DNA of 64,000 bases from Octopus vulgaris. Lineage: Eukaryota. The translations under genes were made by a program, and so were the position numbers. Positions 26,082 through 40,891 of this stretch are shown here, in pieces. The DNA lies in contig OX597831.1 in assembly GCA_951406725.2 (NCBI GenBank), positions 22,816,001-22,880,000 of the forward strand, in the 5' to 3' direction. The notes beneath the pieces are model-generated. The model was not told the origin of the DNA and ran no database searches. It was given only the letters and a program-made list of their open reading frames with translations. Positions within the stretch are counted from its first letter, which is position 1, and every line of letters starts with the position of its first letter.

Positions 26082-27050
26082 CGAGGTGTGATAAAAAAGT
26101 ATTGGGTTTGGTGCTATAGAAAGAAAATTACAACTTACAACACATATCAATTTGGCATTTGATCTCCTTCGAAGCACTGGATATATTCGGCTATAAGTTG
26201 TACTTATTCCCCTGAAATTTTCACCTAAAGTTGGGGGGTGCGACTTATAAGTGCATCCTATAAAAATAATCTTCAGATATTTTCTAGGTACGAGCCACGT
26301 CTGAAGTTCCGACACTTGGAATAACCGAAAAGAATAAAATTTCATATCATAAACAATGGTTTCTAAGATGCATGGACTTAATGGGATAACAGTTGTTGTA
26401 AATCATCTTCAGCTTTCTGAAAGATCAGGTACCGAACAACAACTATGTCGGCGCGATTCCTAATTGAATTTTGCCCTCCAATATCAAGAATGCCACTGCA
26501 ATTTATAGTTGGATCAATGATAATATTCCCGATTTGAGCCTTGTAAGTCAGAGGGCGTTTTAAAGTCGAGTATATACGGTAGTCCCTTTCTGAAGCCGCA
26601 CACTTTATCTAGTGTTGTTTCCACTGTTGGAAGCATTCCTGGATCCCCCTTTTTGGGGGATAACGAGCAGCTGCCTTGTCGCATTCGCTTGGATCTCCTT
26701 CTAGTTGTTCCTTCTGAGTGGGATTTGAGTTTATGCTGTAAGATTCTTGGCTGTAATAACCTTCAACCCATGTCTCTTTCTACTCTCTCTCTTTCTCTTT
26801 CTCTCTCTCTCTCACACATATTTTCTCTGCTATGATCACTAAGGGAATTTCTCTGTTGTGATGGGACGACCACACTCTACACACTTTACTTTCAAGCACT
26901 CTTATAAACAACCGAAGAGAGTGAAGACGTTACAAATTCGGTGTGTATGCACAACAGAGTTCAAGGCCAAGGTCAGTCTGTGCCAAGCAGCTTCACTCTG
27001 TACCTTAGCTCTATTACCATAGCAACAGTCCTGATACTTTTTGATCTTTG
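26082..27050 (-). mobile_element. Decayed mariner-family DNA transposon
   Basis: TA|CGAGGTGTGATAAAAAAGTA left TIR and degenerate TACTTTTTGATC..G|TA right TIR; minus strand gives mariner transposase C-terminal remnants QECFQQWKQ and (split by an insertion) GD.FEGD. Confidence 0.75.
26177..26579. mobile_element. pogo/Tigger-like non-autonomous element nested in the mariner
   Basis: Ends CTGGATATATTCGGCTATAAG and TTTAAAGTCGAGTATATACGG are imperfect TIRs with CA/TA flanks; internal GGGGGGTGCGACTTATA. Confidence 0.65.
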
Positions 27051-27181
27051 TATGTTAAAACTGCTCTTACGTCTGTTGATATTTATGGTGCAGGAGTGTG
27101 TGCTTTGAAACTTAGCGGTTTGACAAACAAATATCGAAGTTGACTGAAGCAGCAACACAAAATAAAGACATTCTTCACCAC

Positions 27182-28149
27182 CAGGACTAGATTTTTGCAT
27201 AGGCTATAATGATCCATAGTTCTGAGGCCCCCAAATCTGATGGAAAGGCAAGAACTGGGAGCCCCTTAAACTAAGAGAAACCTAAAGCTTTGAGATAAAA
27301 ATCAAAAAATATTTTTACAGAAGTCAAATAAACGATTTGTAATTTTTATACTTGTTTAAGTTTCTTAAAATCCAGTAGGGTTCTATTAAAATTATTGATT
27401 TATTGGGCCTTTAAAATTATTTGATTTATTGGTCCCTTAAAACTTATTAAATTTAACGAACTCCCTTTGAATCTATTGAGTTGTTTTAAGTTCTGGGCCC
27501 TGTTCACACTGTTTCGGTTACCTAAATTTAATGGGGCTCTCTTTATTATCTTATGCCTTGTATCAGCTCTCGTTTTAAGTATTGTCATTTTAAAACTATT
27601 TCAGGTATATATTTTCCTTTTATACAATAAGGCGGTAGTCAACTGCAATGCATTATCCAAACAAATGAACTAACAAACGTCAGCATGTCAGAAGTTATCA
27701 AAATGCTAGCAGCCCAATAAAGTTATGGAATATGCGAAACAAATTTTAGGAAAATACAAAATTGATGAAAAATCATAAATGTTGCAGCGTGGAAGGTGTT
27801 TATAAGTCGTTTAAGAGACACACAAAAACCGTTAGATTCACTTCAACATTTAAATTTGTCAAAATATTTTTGTTGTTTTGAGACCGCAACCTGTTCACTG
27901 ACAAAATCCCATGCTGCAATTGTTTTCGTTCCAGCACACAATCTCTGATCAGGTCACTTGCTATGCAAGTACATCTCTGTAGTTATAAATATTGTTTCCT
28001 ATTTAGATTATTACAAATGTAATATTTGCTTTTACGATGCACATTCCTATCATTTATATCTTAACAGTTATGAATTACATACACATAACCATAAAGGCCT
28101 CTGAATGCCTATTGGCCCAGGTGCACCACTACGTCTAAATCTGACCCTG
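27182..28149. mobile_element. Old hAT-like element carrying later insertions
   Basis: Imperfect TIRs CAGGACTAGATTT / AAATCTGACCCTG and subterminal GGCCC-rich motifs; TSD degenerate. Confidence 0.4.
27782..27981 (-). mobile_element. Element family J with G3-C8 HHR-like motif (27855-27905)
   Basis: Homologous to 60051-60767; minus strand TTTGTCA-GTGAACA-GGTTGC..CAAC-AAAA-ATAT-TT-TGACAAA. Confidence 0.75.
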
Positions 28150-29206
28150 GTCCCAACACCATCATCATTATCATCATCGTCATTGTTGTCATCATTGGCA
28201 TTTTCATTGTCATCATCATCATCACTATTGTCATCCTCATCATCATTGTTATCATATCGTTATCATGTATTCATGTGTGTGTGTCATTGTCGGTGTTCGC
28301 CCCCACAGCCACTTGAGATCAGGTGTTAGTGTGTTTACTTCCCCTGTAACTTAGCAGTTCAGTAAAAGTGATCGATAGAATATGTACCAGACTTAAAAAT
28401 AATAAGTAGTGGGTTTGGTTTATTTGAATAAGATTTTTCACAGTGATGCCCCAGGATGGTCGCTGTCTACTGAATGAAACAAATAAAAAACAAGATCTAG
28501 TAGAAGGACAGGTTTAAATTAGGTAATATAGTCCAACATATCTGTCAAAGATAGGATGGTCATGGTGGGAATGTCTTAAATCATTGGCTAATGGAGTGAA
28601 ATGTAGCCTGTGGTTAAACAACCAGAATAATAACAAAAACACCAACTAGGAAATTATGCAATAAAAAAAATGAGAATAATTATTCAAACTGTACAAAAAA
28701 ATAATAAAATAAAAGGTTTAGATTTATAAATCAATTTATGGTGATATAAACACATACGTATGGAAACATACACATCCAACCATACACACATACATGAATA
28801 TGGATATCTATTTACACACACACACGCGCCTTCACACCTTATGTGTGTTTGTGTATGTGTGAACTTGTGAAATAGTTTTCTGTATTGGATGAATAAATTT
28901 GTATATCACACACATACACACACATCTGTGTGTGTATATTGATATGTGTGTGTGTCTATAAAAGTATGTAAGTGTAAATACGAATGTAAATATATATATG
29001 TGTGTATATGTATGCATATCTTTATTCATACATAAATGTATGTATGTGTATATATATATATATACACACACACATGTGTATGTATGTGTATGTATATATA
29101 TATATATAAATGCATGTATTTGTGTGTATATATATATATAAATGCATATATACATGTATATACATATATATATATATAAATATATGCACACACAAATACA
29201 TGCATC

Positions 29207-29248
<42 letters not shown>

Positions 29249-29319
29249 GTTATCTATCTATCCATACACGCACTTGTATGTAAATATATATACATACACA
29301 CACACTTATATGTTTGTAA

Positions 29320-29364
<45 letters not shown>

Positions 29365-29875
29365 CCCACACACTTATATGTATGTAATTTGTCATGGCAA
29401 TCAGCACCAGTGCTGTCAGTGCACCGTATCATTAAACACCTCTAATTCAAGATCAAATACAGCAAACAGTGCAGCCACTAAACAGACTTATGCAACTGCA
29501 TTATTGATTGCAACACGCTGCGCCTCTGATTAGGTATTATTTAAAATGTTTATCCACTGTTTAACTGTTACTAGTCAATCCCCATAAGTATCACACTTGT
29601 CTCATAGATAATTCATCAGCCACTTAACACTAGCTGACTAGCTAGTGGCACATGCTGTTATTCTTCTTGTGTCCCGCACAGCGATGAAGTATCACACCTT
29701 CATTTGACGTTTTGCAACAAACGATTAAGCGTGAACATATGAACGAATTGCAAATGATATTAAATATTGCACAGACTAATTCGGAATCACAAAAGAACAG
29801 CAGTGCTGCTGTTAACAGGAAACAAAATGTTTGTCTTTATTCTTTTATTCATTTCTTTTTCATTTTTTTTTTTCA

Positions 29876-30059
29876 TTTGTTTCACCCAATTTGACTGTGG
29901 CCATGCTGGAGCACTGCTTGTAGTCGAACAAATCTGCCCCCAGGACTTATTCTTTGGAAGCCTAGTACTTATTCTGTCAGTATCTTCTGCCAAACTGCTA
30001 AGTTATGCTAAAAACACCAACATTGGGGGACAAACACAGAAATACAAACACACACACAA

Positions 30060-30090
<31 letters not shown>

Positions 30091-30247
30091 CTGTAATAGG
30101 CTTTCCATCTACCAAATCCACTCACAAGTCTTTAGTCAGCCCAAGGCTATTGTAGAAGACATTTGCCCAAGGTACCACACAGTGGGACTGAACATGGAAC
30201 CATGTGGTTTGCAAGCAAGCTTCTTCCCACGCAGCTAATCCTACACC
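29876..30247 (-). mobile_element. SINE family A, diverged (further 3' half at ~30440-30660)
   Basis: Reverse complement of family A tail, body and head. Confidence 0.8.
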
Positions 30248-30261
30248 TATATATATAAATG

Positions 30262-30366
<105 letters not shown>

Positions 30367-30648
30367 TATATTTTATTTATATCTGATGTAGAGGCTGGGA
30401 GAATCATAAGGATGTTGGAGAAAATGACTTGTGTTATATTTTATTTGTTTCAGACATTTTTGACTGCAACTATTCTGGGGCACCGCCTTGAAGGGGTTTA
30501 GTCAAACAAATCAACTCCAGGACTTATCGTCTTTCAAGTACTGATACTTATTCTATTAGTTTCTTTTCTCAAAGAACTAAGTTATAGGGATGTAAACACA
30601 CCAACACCGGTTGTCAGATTGTAGTAGGGGACAAACACAGACATAAAG

Positions 30649-30738
<90 letters not shown>

Positions 30739-30890
30739 AATTAGTAAATAAATGGCACAACTAAGTACCGATATTTACTGGAAATAGCGAACGTAAAAAT
30801 ACGACGCTAATGTGTATATATATATTGCTAGAAATTGTAAGACAACAAAAGGATGAAAGAGATCTTGATATTATGTAAATAGAGAAATTT

Positions 30891-31032
30891 ATCTGTAAAT
30901 ATAATGTGAGAATTATTCGATATCCATGATAAAACTCCGAGTTTCAGATGCCGGCATGGGTTTCTGCCCTGATATCTGAAACACAGAGTTTTATCATGGC
31001 TACCAAATAATTGTCGCATTATATTTACAGAT
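30891..31032. repeat. ~60-bp-arm imperfect inverted repeat; one arm is related to 12806-12844
   Basis: ATCTGTAAATATAATGTGAGAATTATT...TTTCAGAT pairs with ATCTGAAA...AATAATTGTCGCATTATATTTACAGAT. Confidence 0.85.
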
Positions 31033-31157
31033 TATATATATATGGCGGTGCCCCAGCATGGCCAGAGCTCGTGAGCTGAAACTAAATAAAAAAAGAAAAT
31101 ATATATATATATATATATATAATAAATAAATGCAGCTAAAGGCAGGTGCTATGCAAA

Positions 31158-31259
31158 TTCTTTTACTTCCGACACATGTTTCGAAGATATCACTTGTATC
31201 ATTCCAAAGGAATAAAATGGTGTGAAACAATGTAATCTTCTATTCAGGGAGGTGAAGAA
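31158..31259 (-). ncRNA. HHR-like motif with long stem II and CTGAATA core
   Basis: Minus strand: TTCTTCACCTCC-CTGAATA-GAAGAT...ATCTTC-GAAA-CATGTG-TC-GGAAGTAAAAGAA. Confidence 0.55.
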
Positions 31260-31364
31260 ATGAAACTCGTCAATAAGACATTTTATCAGAAAATGATGGA
31301 TATGTATAGTAATTAACAGAACGAAAATTGTCACATATTAACAAGGGGAAAATACACACATCCA

Positions 31365-31485
<121 letters not shown>

Positions 31486-31565
31486 GATAATTTGCTGATG
31501 TCACCGTGGAGATAATTCTTGTACTTGAGTGCTTATATGTGAATAAGGTGTATGTGTGTGTGTGT

Positions 31566-31610
<45 letters not shown>

Positions 31611-31871
31611 TATATAGATGGATACATACTTTTGTAGCTCTACTATAGGTGGACAAACAAAATATCATCTGCACACTCACCTATGTATGTATTTATATAT
31701 GTATATATGATAATAATAATATATTTACACATACATATATATGTGTATGTATACTATTTATTATTTATGTATATATTCACATATATACATTGATATATAT
31801 ATATATGAATATATATATATATATATATATCAATGTATATATGTGTGTGTATATATATATATCAATGTATA

Positions 31872-31922
<51 letters not shown>

Positions 31923-32189
31923 TGATGTATATATGTGTGTGTAATTGTGTACATATTAATAAAAATGTAGAAATACATAAATATATGTATATCTATGTGA
32001 GTGTGTATGCATGTGCATCTATGCATGTGTGTTTTTGTGATGTTTTCAGTACAGGAAATACTTTTGATAATTGTTTTTTGTCTCAGACTTAGAGTAAACA
32101 CGACTGAACTAGCTTTACATTTTTTATCAAAACATCTATGATGTTTTTGTAAGAGTTACTTGCACTTTGTTTTGAATAACAAAGTTTCT

Positions 32190-32890
32190 TCACTGCCTTG
32201 AAGAATTTCAGTCAGATGAATCAACCCTAGTACTTATATTGTTTTAAGCCTGATATTTATTGTCTCTTTTGCCAAACCAATAATTTGTGGGGATGTAAAC
32301 AAACCAACACTGGTTGTCAATCAGTGGGGGTGGACACGGACATAACCCCCCCCCCACACACACACACATGATAGGCTTCTTTCAGTTTCTGTCTCCCAAA
32401 TCCACTCACAAGGTTTTGGTCGACCCAAAGCTATAGGAGAAGACACTTGCCCAGTGTGCAATGCAGTGGGACTGAACATAGAATCTTGTTATTTGGAAGT
32501 AAAGTTCTTAACCACACATCCCACACAAGTGCTTCTATATTTTATCTTCTTTCTTATACTTGTTTCAGTCATTTGGCTGAGGGGTCATGGGGCACCTTCA
32601 TGAAGGGTTTAGTCGAACAAATCCACCCTAGCGCTTAGGATTTCTATGTCTGGTTTTCATGTTGTCAAATTCTTTTGCCAAACTGCTTGCTAAATCATGG
32701 GGATGTAAACAAACCAACACCGGTTGCCAAGCACTGGGCTGTAGGGACAGACTCAAGAGCACCCCCCCCACACATACATAAACACATGCACACCCATATG
32801 ATGGGCTTATCTCTATTTCTGTCGACCAACTCCTATCACAAGAATTTGGTCAGCCCAAGGCCATAGCTGATGCCATTTACTTGCCCAATG
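32190..32890 (-). mobile_element. Two diverged SINE family A copies
   Basis: Repeated GGGATGTAAACAAACCAACAC and A-type body/tail motifs. Confidence 0.75.
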
Positions 32891-33085
32891 TGCCTGTATA
32901 TATAATGTATGTATGTATGTATGTATGTATGTATGTATGTATGTATGTATGTATGTATGTATGTATGTATGTATGTGTGCATGTGTCTGTGTGCGCGTGT
33001 GTGGATGCATATATATATATGCTATATATATGCATAAATAGTCAACAGATAAGATCCATATATGCTCAATATAGGGAAAACTTTG

Positions 33086-33274
33086 TAGTGCTCAAAACAA
33101 CTGAAAGTTGAGCTCTGGAATCTTTACTGAGAACTAAATCCATAAGGCAAAGAGTGAATATAAGAGGAATCTCCATATTTTTTCACCTGGATTCCTCTTA
33201 TGGCCACTCTTTATCCTGTGGACTTAGTCCTCAGTAAAGAGTTTGGTGTGTAAGTTCAAATCCTTTGAGCACTA
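33086..33274. repeat. Imperfect inverted repeat
   Basis: TCTTTACTGAG...ATAAGAGGAATC pairs with GATTCCTCTTAT...CTCAGTAAAGA; outer TAGTGCTCAAA/TTTGAGCACTA. Confidence 0.8.
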
Positions 33275-33704
33275 TTGTTTCTTATATGCACACATATGTA
33301 TATACAGGGAATAGTTTGGCTTTATATTGAAAACACAACAAATGGTCTAGCTTTATTAAGATATTTTCTATCTTCATATAAGACTCTTTTAGGTTTGTTT
33401 TTTAAAAAAAAAAATTCCTAAATTCCTTTTGCTGGACGTTTCCAGACTATATGAGCCTCATCATCAGGATGTGGAGTATTGTTGGCTTCTACATTATTGC
33501 TTTTGTGCAGTATGTAGTAACGGCTTCACTGAATATTTAATTCACTGTTTCTTATATTTGTGGCAATAAATTCTTATCTGGGGATTTGGATGGCTGTGAG
33601 TATCTGCTGTTGACAAGGCCCTAGAAAGTTTAAAAGCATCTAGCATCCTTGCAAGCCACTGTTGGGAGGAATTTTTTCACCCTCTGATATTTATTGTATT
33701 TTTA

Positions 33705-34016
33705 ACACAGCACAGCTGGTACAGACATGTCCTTCATCTTCCACTAGATCATCCAACCAGGGCTTTATTCTCATTTGACGCAATAGCTGGGGAGCTGGAA
33801 GAGGCCTCGCACCAGATGACTGGACATGATTGGGGAAGATCTCCACAAAGGCTGAACATAACCTTGGAGGATTCAGAGGAACTTGCACAAGGTCACCAGC
33901 AATGGAGACCACTGGTAGATCTGGTTGGCTCTACGCATAATGAAGTCCCTGGGATGACTAACCTAGAACGACCCCAGCCTCAGCAAGCAAGAGCATGAAG
34001 CAAAGCAAGGAAGCAA
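33705..34016 (+). mobile_element. RTE-clade LINE 3' end, frameshifted
   Basis: Joined frames read WYRHVLHLPLDHPTRALFSF..WKRPRTR*LDMIGEDL..LNITLEDSEELAQGHQQWRPLV; (GCAA)-rich tail. Confidence 0.75.
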
Positions 34017-34174
34017 CTTCCATAAGACAAATACACAGTAACTGGCCTATCAGCAGCATATATACATTTAGTATGATACATAGATGTCCATTACTTCCAT
34101 AATTGATTGTATATTTTTTATAAGAATTCTACATAGTATGAATGTATTATCTCTTAATATTTTTCTGTCTGGGA

Positions 34175-34830
34175 AGGCAGAGAAATGGCAGAATCATTAG
34201 CGTGATTAGAATATAAGACTGTGAGCTGGCAGAAATGTTAGCACACCGGACGAAATGCTTAGCGGTATTTTGTCTGCTGCTACGTTCTGAGCTCAAATTC
34301 CGCTGAGGTCGACTTTGCCTTTCATCCTTTCAGGGTCGATTAAATAAGTACCAGTTATGCACTGGGATCGATGTAATCGACTTAATCCATTAGTCTGTCC
34401 TTGTTTGTCCCCTCTGTGTTTAGCCCCTTGTGGGTAGCAAAGAAATAGGTATTTCGTCTGCCACTACATTCTGAGTTCAAATTCCGCCAAGGTTGACTTT
34501 GCCTTTCATCCTTTCGGGGTCGATTAAATAAGTACCAGTTACGCACTTGGGTCGATATAATCGACTTAATCTCTTAGTCTGTCCTTGTTTGTCCCCTCTG
34601 TGTGTAGCCCCTTGTGGGCAGTAAAGAAATAAGAATCATTAGTATGACAGGTAAAATGCTTCGCAGCATTTCCCCTGTCTTTACGTTCTGAGCTCAAATT
34701 CCACCAAAGTTGACTTTGCCTTTCATCCTTTCGGGATCAATAGAATATGTACAAGCTGAGTGCCAGTGGTTGATGTAATCAACTTCCCTCCACTCCAGAA
34801 TTGCTGGACCTGTACCAAAATTCAAAATCA
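34175..34830 (+). mobile_element. SINE B dimer inserted into another SINE B
   Basis: AGAATCATTAG duplicated at 34190-34200 and 34632-34642 around two T1 units; host copy continues to a T2 tail. Confidence 0.85.
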
Positions 34831-36061
34831 TTAATTCCTTAACTGGCTTTGTTTTATAGTACATAATGCAGTGTGATGCAATTTCAGTGTGAAGGTGTAC
34901 TGTGCTTGTACAGACAATGTAACAGTTACAATGATAAAGTTCCAGTTTCACAATCAAATTTATAAATTACATTAGTCATTAGTAACTTATTCTCAAGTTT
35001 ATGGTGTGTTACTAATCAGGAGGTGTTTGATTTTATCGTTTTTTTATAATGTAATAATAGTCAGTTTATGGCTTGGCAAATGCATTTGGTGTTACTTTTC
35101 ATGAAATTTTTTATTATGTGTTTCATCTATTTTATATCTGATATGCATTTGATTCATGTAATAAACTTTGTATGTGATATGCATATTTTAGTAGAGGTTT
35201 TGTCGAATTTAGTTGCTGCTCGGTATGTCTGTCTATATATACATCAATCGCTTGGTTTAATAATGAATATCCATTATTAATTAGCGCTTGTGTTATTTGG
35301 TAAATTTCTTCGTCTAGTGTGTCATTTGTGGAAGTGAATTTAAATACTCACCTAACTAGTGATTTTAGATCAGCATTTGCTCTCTTTATGTATGATTAAG
35401 CTTTTGTTTTTATCTTTGGTGTATGTTAATAAAAAAATGTCTTTTGTTTGTAATATTTATATCACAGCACAACTCTAAAATTGCACTCAGTCGAGATACA
35501 CAGCTCACAAAAAGAATAACCACATGACTGCTGAAAATGGATAACTCCAGTAGCAAAAATTCTGGTTGTAAGATCAGCAAAAATAAAAGTTATTCACTAA
35601 CTAAGAGATATTAAATCCTGATAATGAGGCTGAGAGGGTCTGGAAGGATCATATACAAAGATATAAAATAATCATAATGAAAATGATTAAGCTCAAACAT
35701 AGAAATGTTTGCAATATAACATGTGTGTGTGTGTGTGTGTGTGTGTGCATATGTGTGCATGCATGTGTGTGCATATGTGTGTGTATGTGTGTGTACATTT
35801 GTGTGTGTGTGTATGTGTATTTGCGAATGCATGTGTGTGGGTGTCTGTGTGAGTGCTGGAATGGTTGTATAATAAAGAAATTTGCTTCAATACCATGAGG
35901 TTTCGGGATTAGTCTTACTTTGTAACAACTTGGACAGATGCCTTCTAGTATAGTTCTGGACCAACTAATGTTTTGTAAGTAGAATTGGTCAAAGGAAACT
36001 GAATGAAACCTCATTGTGTTTGTGTTTGTTTCTGTACATGCATGCATGCATACATACATGT

Positions 36062-36093
<32 letters not shown>

Positions 36094-36096
<3 letters not shown>

Positions 36097-36242
36097 AAAA
36101 AATAAGCAACAAGAATGGATCAGTAGTTTAGTACAATTGTTTCATAATATAAACATTTTATTAAAGCTGCAAAAATTGCAAATTTATAGAATGAAATAAT
36201 TGTACTAAACTACTGATCCATTCTTGTTGCTTATTTTTTGGT
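36094..36242. repeat. ~60-bp-arm inverted repeat abutting (TA)n
   Basis: ACCAAAAAATAAGCAACAAGAATGGATCAGTAGTTTAGTACAATT and its reverse complement; carries HHR 3'-half-like GAAACAATTGTA on the minus strand. Confidence 0.9.
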
Positions 36243-36774
36243 TTTAATTACCCCACATAATTTTATGAGTAATACCATAAAAAATTCTGATGTGTCTAAG
36301 TTAAGTACCATATTCATTTGAATCTAAATTGTTTTGCAGGAACTATATATATATATGTTTTTCTCTGTAGTTTCAGCTCAGAGCTGGGCAATGCTGATGC
36401 ACAGCCATTTCTAAAATTATGAACAAACTTAAATGATTTTTGAACCTTATTGTGTTCTCATCAGAGGCGAAAACATCATTATGAATTAACAATTATATAT
36501 ATAACACATATAATTATATTAAAGGGATCAGGAAATAACCTGCTCCAACATACTATAAGAAGACACCAAAAGACGTTATAAGCCACTGTCAACTCTTACA
36601 AAAACACCGGTTGTAAATGAGCAAATGAATCGTACAAAATAAAGCTTCACAGTAAATTGTTTATTGGGTCCAATTTCAGGATGGAAGCAGTTAAAATAGC
36701 TTATTTCACATTCTCAGCACAATATTTAAAGAAACATAATCATATGTATAATACACACATACATATATATATTG

Positions 36775-37392
36775 CAGGTGGCACGTAAATAGCACCAACG
36801 GATCATGGCTGATGCCAGTACCCACTGACTGGCTCTTGTGCCGGTGGCACATAAACAGCACCATCCAAACGTGATCAATGCCAGGCCTGCCTCACTGGCT
36901 CCTGTGTCGGTAGCATGTAAAAAGCATACGCTACACTCCCAGAGTGGTTGGCATTAGGAAGGGCATCCAGCTGTAGAAACATTGCCAGATCAGATTGGAA
37001 CCTGGTGCAGCCACTGGCTCTCCAGACCTCAGTCAAACTATCCAGCCTATACCAGCATGGAAAACAGATGCTAAATGATAATGACGATAATATATGTATA
37101 TATATAGGTGTGTATGTATATGTATATATCTATGTGTGTATGTATATATATGGCATGTAAAAAGCACCATCTGATCGTGGCCGTTTACCAGCCTCATCTG
37201 GCACCTGTGCCGGTGGCATGTAAAAAGCACCCACTACACTTATGGAGTGGTTGGCATTAGGAAGGGCATCCAGCTGTAGAAACTTGCCAGATCAGACTGG
37301 GCCTGGTGCAGCCTTCTGGCTTCCCAGACCCCAGTTGAACCGTCCAACCCATGCTAGCATGGAAAGCGGATGCTAAACGATGATGATGATGA
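36775..37392 (+). mobile_element. Two copies of retroposon family E, (ATG)n tail
   Basis: GAGTGGTTGGCATTAGGAAGGGCATCCAGCTGTAGAAAC...CATGGAAAGCGGATGCTAAACGATGATGAT; RTE-type 3' end inferred. Confidence 0.85.
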
Positions 37393-37657
37393 TGTGTTTG
37401 TATGTGTTTGTATCTCTGTGTGTGTATACATATATATTTGCATAATGAGTATACGTATAATGTATAAGCAAATGAGCTGGCAGGTTTGCTATTGTGCTGA
37501 GCAAAATGCTTACCAGCATTTTGTCAATCTTTATGCTCTAAGTTCTAATCTTGCCAAAGCCACTTTTGTCTCTCATCATTTTGGGGGTCAATAAAATAAG
37601 TACCAGTTGAAGTTGAGCCCTGGGGTTGGCAACATGTGTCCATATACTTACACACAC

Positions 37658-37712
<55 letters not shown>

Positions 37713-39274
37713 CACAAACACACACTCACACACACACATATATGTACAAACATATAAACACACGAATATGCATTCCAATTTATGTAAAAACATAAATATA
37801 TTATGACAACGTGATGATGACAGCTGTAATTGTGATAAACGGGGATATGAGTGCATGATGGTGATGGTGGCGATGACGACGATGATGATGGTGACAATGG
37901 TGATGATGGTTGTGGTGGTGGTGTGGTTGTGGTGATGGGGATAATGGTGATGATGATAAGGAATGTGACTGTGGTGGTAGTGGTGGTGGTTGTGATTGTG
38001 ATGATGATAATGATGACGGTGATGTTGATGGTGGCGGTATTGATGATGACGGGGAGGGATAATAGCATTTGTGATGAAAGTGGTTTAGTGGTGGTAATGA
38101 TGATCACATTTTTCATGTTGTTGCTGTCATTGCCGTTGTTGATGGTTGTGGTGGTGGTAATGGTAGTGATGATGATGATGATGACAAATAGCTATCTAGG
38201 TATGTCACAATAATAACAGCAGGAATTCAGCGAAGTAATCGAAATGTTACACTTGTCATTGCAAGCATCTGCATCTTGCTGCACCACATAATGCATTTTT
38301 CACTGCATTACATAATGCATTTCACTGCATCATATAAACTATATTAATCTTTGAAAGCAACTAATCTGATGCATGACATTGCTAGCAATTTCACTGCACA
38401 TTGTTGCATAATACACGTGCACATACATATGCACTGATTTGTAATTACATGCACATGTTCACACATGCAGATGCACATGTGCATACAAACGTATACAGGT
38501 ATATAGTCACACACATGTAAATATGCATATATGTGCACAAGTGCATGCAAATATGCATGTGTGCGCACATATGCAAACAAGCATACACACATACATATGT
38601 ATTCACACGGATAGAAATATGCAGGTGTATTTGCAGATATGTATGCAAATATACATACACAATATATCAACACAGATACACACATAGATGCAAATACTTG
38701 TATGCACATAAGGATGTAACAAAGCATACACATAGGTACTCACATACCTATATACGCATACTGTAACACACATATATACACAGAGAAATATATGTCAAAT
38801 TGCATATATAAATGCATTTAATATATTAAGCCTCAACAGAGAATGTTCTAGTAAGCCCTACATGTACACGCATACATGGATGTAAGCACATTTATATATG
38901 CATGCAACAAACACACAGGCAGATACACAAACATAGGTAAACACAAATGAATGCATGTATGTATGTGCCAAAATATATATATATATGTATGTGTCAAAAT
39001 AGGTATATATATGTATGTGTCAAAATACATTTAATATATATAAGCAGGTGAAGCACAGCTGCATTATATGCAGATGCACACACATATACATGTGTTTCCA
39101 AATGCATATATATATATTCATACATGCTCACACGTAATTATATACATTCACACTGATCCATATATGCATGCAGAGATGCCCAAATACAATTATAGGTATT
39201 CACACCTCATACATATGTCTTTGTGAGTGTGTGTTTATATGTTTGTATATAAGTATGTGTACATACATTTATGC

Positions 39275-39314
<40 letters not shown>

Positions 39315-39850
39315 ATGTATATATATATATATATATACATACATACATACACAAGAGAGAGGGAGAGAGATTTAAGAAATATATATGGCTGAAATGAGTA
39401 AAAGAGTATATACATATATACATATATATATACATATATATTTCTTAAATATCTCTCCCTCTCTCTCTGTCTATCTCTCTCTCGTTCTCAATAAATAGAG
39501 AGGGAGAGAAAGAAATAGATTGGTATATAGATAGATAAACTGATAAATAAATAGATACATACATAGATAGATACATAGATGGACAGATAGATAGAGAGAT
39601 AGACCTAGAGAGATAAATAGAGATTCAAATACATACCCACAAAAATGCTTATCTATACATATATATATATATTCAGTTATAAGCATACACATACTTGCAT
39701 TTGTGCATCAGCACACGTAGAAGAACACATAAATGCACAAACACAACTATGTATATACCCTGTATGTGTAAACAACAATAAATCATGCATTCTGCCAGAG
39801 GAATTCTGTAAGATATCAAACTCATACATACACAAATAAATGCATATATA

Positions 39851-39891
<41 letters not shown>

Positions 39892-40319
39892 ATGCATGCA
39901 CATACATAAATACATGTAGGGCCTCACATGCAATGCATGCTTTAACACACACATACAAAAACATATTTGCTCATACTTGCCAGTAAACATAAATACATAC
40001 TTGAATATATATATATATATATATGGATTTGTATACTTAAGCAGATACATATATATACATATTCAACAACACCCACATACAGATAGAAACATACACACAT
40101 ACCCACGTTTGATATTAAATGAAAGTGACATGGCAAAGACTTGGAAATCATGGCATAAAAGTTATTAGTTTCACATTTACAGAAATAGGAATGCTTTCAA
40201 CGTTTCAAACGTTTGTCCTTCATCAAAAGAAAAACAGAAACTAGAAACAAGCAATGGACATATGCTTGTTGAATCTTTTCAATAACGTTTTGAAAAAAAA
40301 TGCCTGTGTGCATATATGC

Positions 40320-40391
<72 letters not shown>

Positions 40392-40404
40392 ATATATATT
40401 AGGA

Positions 40405-40441
<37 letters not shown>

Positions 40442-40719
40442 ATAAAGAGAGAGAGAGAGAGATAGATAGATAGATAAGGATAAGATTGTTATTTAAATAT
40501 CAAACTTATCAAGTGGTCAGCATGGGAATAGAAACCTTCAAAGGTAATAATTATTATTGAAATTATAATTTAGGGTATCTAAGAGATAGCAGCCAAAACT
40601 GATTCTAACACCACATTAAATGTTCATACAGCACCAGGAGAGAAGACAAAAAGACAAAATAAACTAGTAAAAGAAATTACTGGATAATTCCAGATCCTGA
40701 ATTTCTGGCTCTGCATAAG

Positions 40720-40757
<38 letters not shown>

Positions 40758-40853
40758 CGGGAAGCTTTATGAAAATAAACAAAAGACGAAGGCAGGTGGA
40801 GTACAAACAAAGAATTGTATTAGTATGGCGCTCAGGAATATAAAAAAAACAAG

Positions 40854-40891
40854 TCTTTTACGTTTCGAGCCTACGCTCTTCAACAGAAAGA
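40854..40891 (-). ncRNA. Minimal HHR motif (CTGTTGA core) in a (TA)n-flanked element (~40757-40960)
   Basis: Minus strand: TCTTT-CTGTTGA-A-GAGC gtag GCTC-GAAA-CG-TA-AAAGA; downstream TTCCTGAGCG shared with the 13.6 kb element. Confidence 0.65.

Noticed and set aside
29680-29830. Possible exon after a polypyrimidine-CAG acceptor
   Set aside because: All three frames hit a stop within about 60 nt and no convincing donor was seen before them.
33121-33240. CTGAGGA hammerhead candidate on the minus strand
   Set aside because: No GAAA or stem III follows; it folds as a simple hairpin.
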